A stretch of 32,000 bases of DNA, taken from positions 660,001 to 692,000 of the forward strand of contig NZ_CP047931.1 in NCBI RefSeq assembly GCF_014280175.1. Direction: 5' to 3'. The stretch comes from Synechococcus sp. A15-28 (GTDB lineage Bacteria > Cyanobacteriota > Cyanobacteriia > PCC-6307 > Cyanobiaceae). Of this stretch, positions 27,671 through 32,000 are shown piece by piece (position 1 is the first letter of the stretch; every line of letters begins with the position of its first letter). Below the pieces are notes generated by a model, which was not told the DNA's origin, made no database searches, and saw nothing but the letters and a program-made list of their open reading frames with translations. The position numbers and the translations under genes were made by a program.

Positions 27671-29773
27671 TCAGGCCGATTGTCGAGGTCTGGCGGGAAT
27701 GGGATAGGGAATGCGGCGGTGTCTCATCCGCCGCCAAACCTTCACAAATGCCTGGACGACAAGTTCAACCTCAGAACGCGATAGTCCGCTTTTGCGAAGT
27801 TGCCCATCCTGTTGACGAGACTCCACGATGCGACGCACGGTGTCCTTCGCTTCATCGTCTGAGGTGTCGGGTGGTAATGAGCGCAAAGCCGCCTCGCAAC
27901 CATCGGCCAGCATCAGGATTCCTGTTTCCTTGGAACGGGGTGATGGGCCGTGATAGCGAAAGCGTCTCTCCTGCACCTTGGGATTTCTCTGACGGGCTTT
28001 GTGCAGAAAAAAGCCCATCTTCAAGGTCCCTTGGTGCTCCGGAATGAAATCTGCAATCGGCCGAGGCAGGCGGTGGCGTTTTGCCAGTTTCAGTCCTTCA
28101 TCCACGTGGGCCTGTAGAACAGCCGCGCTCTGTTCAGGATCGTTAAGAGCGTCATGGGGATTCGGACCGTCTTTTTGGTTTTCGATGAACCAGTCCGGGG
28201 CATGAAGTTTGCCGACATCGTGATACAAAGAGCCTGTTCGAATCAGATCGACATCAGCATTGATGGCACGAGCTCCTTCCTCGGCAAGGCCACAGATCAT
28301 CAATGTGTGCTCAAAGGTGCCAGGAGCTTCACAGGACAAGCGTCGCAGCAGAGGTCGCTCCTGGTCTGCCAATTCAAGTAATCGTGCACGGGTCAGCAAG
28401 CCGAAGGATCCTTCCAGCAGGGGAATCATCAACAGCGACAGCATCAGCAGCAGACCCAACAGCAGCGCATCTGTGCTCAGTTCATCGAGTCCTGGATTCA
28501 AGGAGCCCCACAGCCTCCACCCCGTCCATGGTTGGAGCTGGAGCAGCACCCATTGAGACACCAGGGCGCCCAGTGGCAACAGAACAGCGAGCTGAAGCAA
28601 CTGACCCCGACTGCGCTGACGACCAGCGATGACTCCTCCTGTTGTGGCGACAGCGACAGCGATCAACAGACGCCCATCACCCAGTCCATTGGCAGGCAGA
28701 GGCCAGATCAGGGCTGTGATCGCCATCCAGACCAGGCCACAGCCCGTTCCCAGTCCTTCGGTCAGGATCAGAGTGGGTGGCACCAACACCGCTAAGGGAC
28801 TGACCGTGGATTGGAACCAGAGCTTGGCCACCTGAGCCAGCAGCAGGAGTCCTAGGGCCAGCAACCCATGGCGGACTTCAAGCCCGGGACGCTCTCGTCG
28901 CATCACCAAGAGCATCACGCCGCAGGCAGCGAGGGCTTCGAGAAAACGACCCAGCCAGATCAACGGCTGGGGTTCGCGCTTCACTTTTCCGAAAAAGTCA
29001 AGAACGTCGTAGGCCTGAGGGCTGATCGGCTCCCCCTTTCGTGTAATGAGATCTCCCTTCCGCACATCGATGGTGGGGATCCCCTGTTTGGTCAGCTGTT
29101 CTTCAATCAGCTGTTTGCTGAGGATGGGGTCGGTGCGCAGGTTGCTGCTTCCCTGCAGGCTGCTTGCCAGGAGCTTGCCGGCCAGGGAACGGGCCGCAGG
29201 GTTGTCGATGACGTCACCCTGCAGTTGAAGACTGGCGGCTTGACGGAATTGATCCACCGCAAGGGTGCTTACCAGTCCCTGGCTGAGCATGCGGTTCGCG
29301 GCCTTCCTGACAACGTTGTCCCAGGCGAGATGCTCTTCATGGCTGCGTTGCTCCAGCCAGACCTGTTCATCCGCACTGAGATTGACCGGACCGACCCTGG
29401 CCGCTGACCCGCTCTCGCTCACCTGTTGGAGTTCGCTGAGCTGACGTTCCAGTCTCAGCTTGAGTGCCTGCGTCTGCTCCTGGTCAAGCACTTGAACGAC
29501 GGAGCGTGCCACCAGGGTGGAGCGGCGTTGCTCCAGAGCTGTGCTGTCCTGCACCAGGGCATCCTTGGGTGCGATGGCGTTAAAGGGGGCCAGCGCACCC
29601 GGCTGGAGATCAGGTTTCAGCAGCCATGGAAGGCTGGAAGCTCCGGCAACCATCAGGCAGAGCAACAGCACAAAGCTGGATTGCAGTGCAGTCCAACGGA
29701 GCAGGCGCCCAGCCGGACCCTGATGACGCAGCCAGCGTCTCCATAACTTGCTCACGCCGTTGAAGCGAACCAA
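27671..29773 (-). CDS. 7TM-HD (PgpH-like) membrane HD-domain phosphohydrolase, possible c-di-AMP phosphodiesterase
   Basis: N-terminal TM, extracellular segment, multi-TM region, then LRRLSCEAPGTFEHTLMICGLAEEGARAINADVDLIRTGSLYHDVGKLHAPDWFIENQKDGPNPHDALNDPEQSAAVLQAHVDEGLKLA (HD motif). Confidence 0.92.
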   Translation of the reverse strand: MVRFNGVSKLWRRWLRHQGPAGRLLRWTALQSSFVLLLCLMVAGASSLPWLLKPDLQPGALAPFNAIAPKDALVQDSTALEQRRSTLVARSVVQVLDQEQTQALKLRLERQLSELQQVSESGSAARVGPVNLSADEQVWLEQRSHEEHLAWDNVVRKAANRMLSQGLVSTLAVDQFRQAASLQLQGDVIDNPAARSLAGKLLASSLQGSSNLRTDPILSKQLIEEQLTKQGIPTIDVRKGDLITRKGEPISPQAYDVLDFFGKVKREPQPLIWLGRFLEALAACGVMLLVMRRERPGLEVRHGLLALGLLLLAQVAKLWFQSTVSPLAVLVPPTLILTEGLGTGCGLVWMAITALIWPLPANGLGDGRLLIAVAVATTGGVIAGRQRSRGQLLQLAVLLPLGALVSQWVLLQLQPWTGWRLWGSLNPGLDELSTDALLLGLLLMLSLLMIPLLEGSFGLLTRARLLELADQERPLLRRLSCEAPGTFEHTLMICGLAEEGARAINADVDLIRTGSLYHDVGKLHAPDWFIENQKDGPNPHDALNDPEQSAAVLQAHVDEGLKLAKRHRLPRPIADFIPEHQGTLKMGFFLHKARQRNPKVQERRFRYHGPSPRSKETGILMLADGCEAALRSLPPDTSDDEAKDTVRRIVESRQQDGQLRKSGLSRSEVELVVQAFVKVWRRMRHRRIPYPIPARPRQSA

Positions 29774-29844
29774 AGCAAGGGACCTGACCTCATTACGCTA
29801 GCCGTACCAGCAGGGCATGCTGGAGGGACTGATGGGTTCCTGTC

Positions 29845-30726
29845 ATGGCCCTGCGGCTGGATGGCAAAACGCTGGCATCAACGGTGGAGGGTCGCCTCAC
29901 CGCTGTTGTCGACGCTTTCATGGGCGATGTTGGTCGGCCGCCAGGACTTGCAGTTCTTCGGGTGGGCGATGACCCGGCCAGTGCTATTTACGTCGCCAAC
30001 AAGGAAAAAGCGTGCGCCCGCGTGGGCATTGCCAGCTTTGGGGCTCATCTGGCGGCAGAGACCCCCGCGGATGAGGTGCTCAGCACGATCCAAACCCTTA
30101 ATGCTGATTCCCGTGTCGATGGCATCCTGCTTCAGTTGCCTTTGCCCAAGGGGTTGGATGAGCGTCCCCTGTTGGAGGCCATCGATCCGGCGAAAGATGC
30201 CGACGGTCTGCACACCCTCAATCTGGGACGGTTGTTGAAAGGCGAACCCGGCCCGCGCAGCTGTACACCGGCCGGTGTGATAGCGCTTCTGCGCAGCAAC
30301 GGCATCGATCCCGCTGGTCAACGGGCCGTCGTCATTGGGCGCAGCATTCTTGTTGGGCAGCCCATGGCCCTGATGCTGCAGGCCGCCAACGCCACCGTCA
30401 CCGTCACCCATTCCCGCACCGCTGATCTGGCTGCCCACACCCGCGAAGCCGACATTGTGGTGGTCGCTGCAGGCCGCCCTGGCATGGTCGGCGCCGAGCA
30501 CATCAAGCCCGGTGCAGCGGTGGTGGATGTGGGCATTCATCGCAAGCCGGAAGGGGGGCTTTGCGGTGATGTTGTGGCAGGGGAGGTGGAACCGATCGCT
30601 GCTGCCCTCTCCCCTGTGCCAGGAGGCGTTGGCCCGATGACGGTGACCATGCTGCTGGTGAACACGGTGGTTGCCTGGTGCCGACGGCATGGCAACGACC
30701 ATGGCTTGGAGGACCTGATTGGTTGA
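29845..30726 (+). CDS. folD: Bifunctional methylenetetrahydrofolate dehydrogenase/cyclohydrolase
   Basis: [31 protein letters not shown]; [32 protein letters not shown]; [21 protein letters not shown]. Confidence 0.98.
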   Translation: MALRLDGKTLASTVEGRLTAVVDAFMGDVGRPPGLAVLRVGDDPASAIYVANKEKACARVGIASFGAHLAAETPADEVLSTIQTLNADSRVDGILLQLPLPKGLDERPLLEAIDPAKDADGLHTLNLGRLLKGEPGPRSCTPAGVIALLRSNGIDPAGQRAVVIGRSILVGQPMALMLQAANATVTVTHSRTADLAAHTREADIVVVAAGRPGMVGAEHIKPGAAVVDVGIHRKPEGGLCGDVVAGEVEPIAAALSPVPGGVGPMTVTMLLVNTVVAWCRRHGNDHGLEDLIG

Positions 30727-31424
30727 TGGCGGAGAACGCGATTCACTGGTTGTTCCCCACACCGGTGCTGCAGGCGGACCTCACACCACCGAGCGATGTG
30801 GCCCTGGCGATGCTGCAGCAGCTTGCTCTGTTTAACCAGAAGGTGTTCTCGAAGCCTGAGTTCCGTGATCGCAACAACCTCACCGGTGATCTGCTCGGTC
30901 AAGCGGGACTGGATCAATTGCATCGCCTGGAAGCGTTCCAGTGGCTCAATCAGCACCTGGCCATTCACGTGGACGACTACCTGAAGGAGCTGCTGGGGCC
31001 AAATCACGCTCTGCAGGTTCACATTCAGAAGGCTTGGCCTGTGGTCTGTGCTCAGCAAGGCGGGACGATTGAGCCCCATAGCCACCGCAATGCTCAGCTC
31101 AGCGCTGTGTTCTATGTCCGTACGGAACCGGACAATCCCAGTGGGGAGTTGGAGTTTCAGGCTCCAGACGATTACTTCAGTCACGTGATGGCAATCCCTT
31201 ATAAGGACGCAGCTGTCTCGGGGGGAGTGTTCGCTCCCTTACAGCACCGGCTGCTGCTGTTCCCCTCTGATCTGCGTCATCAGGTGACGGCCTATGAGGG
31301 GGAGTCACCTCGCTATTCGGTCTCCTACGACCTGGCTATCACCACAGCACCTGGTCAGGGGCGGGAAATGCGCATGCCGCATCCGATGGACTGGGTTCCC
31401 CTCTGCAATCCAGGGCCGGCCTGA
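30726..31424 (+). CDS. Putative 2OG-Fe(II) oxygenase (TIGR02466-like)
   Basis: [19 protein letters not shown]...; AWPVVCAQQGGTIEPHSHRNAQLSAVFYVRTEPDNPSGELEFQAP; LLLFPSDLRHQVTAYEGESPRYSVSYDL. ATG shares one base with folD stop. Confidence 0.85.
   Translation: MAENAIHWLFPTPVLQADLTPPSDVALAMLQQLALFNQKVFSKPEFRDRNNLTGDLLGQAGLDQLHRLEAFQWLNQHLAIHVDDYLKELLGPNHALQVHIQKAWPVVCAQQGGTIEPHSHRNAQLSAVFYVRTEPDNPSGELEFQAPDDYFSHVMAIPYKDAAVSGGVFAPLQHRLLLFPSDLRHQVTAYEGESPRYSVSYDLAITTAPGQGREMRMPHPMDWVPLCNPGPA

Positions 31425-32000
<576 letters not shown>

Noticed and set aside
28868-29407. 179-aa plus-strand ORF
   Set aside because: Antisense of the HD-domain protein gene; shadow ORF.

Overview
This 32 kb window looks like the chromosome of a marine picocyanobacterium (Synechococcus-like). 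Most of it is tightly packed housekeeping genes: hom, sufE, 5-FCL, ruvC, chlI, trmH-like, cytM-like, petG, rsmD, hisH, trxA, guaB3-like, gyrA, lycopene cyclase, GH57 enzyme, leuA, folD and crtE. The left edge carries a truncated family-5 ABC substrate-binding protein and the right edge a truncated prenyl synthase. The most unusual locus is about 24.2-27.65 kb. It holds a SemiSWEET-like small transporter followed after only 24 bp by a 1045-aa G8-domain / beta-helix (CEMIP-like) protein with a Glu/Asp repeat linker and an RTX-like C-terminus, which looks like a type-I-secreted surface or exo-enzyme. Other points of interest are a solitary Nif11-like small protein, a 38-codon petG missing from the ORF track and overlapping rsmD antisense, a 19-bp near-perfect hairpin followed by a second hairpin between guaB3 and trxA, and a cluster of small hypotheticals at 21.6-23.6 kb. 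I see no rRNA, tRNA, CRISPR array, transposase or recognised defence system. All assignments come from reading the sequence by eye; no database search was run.
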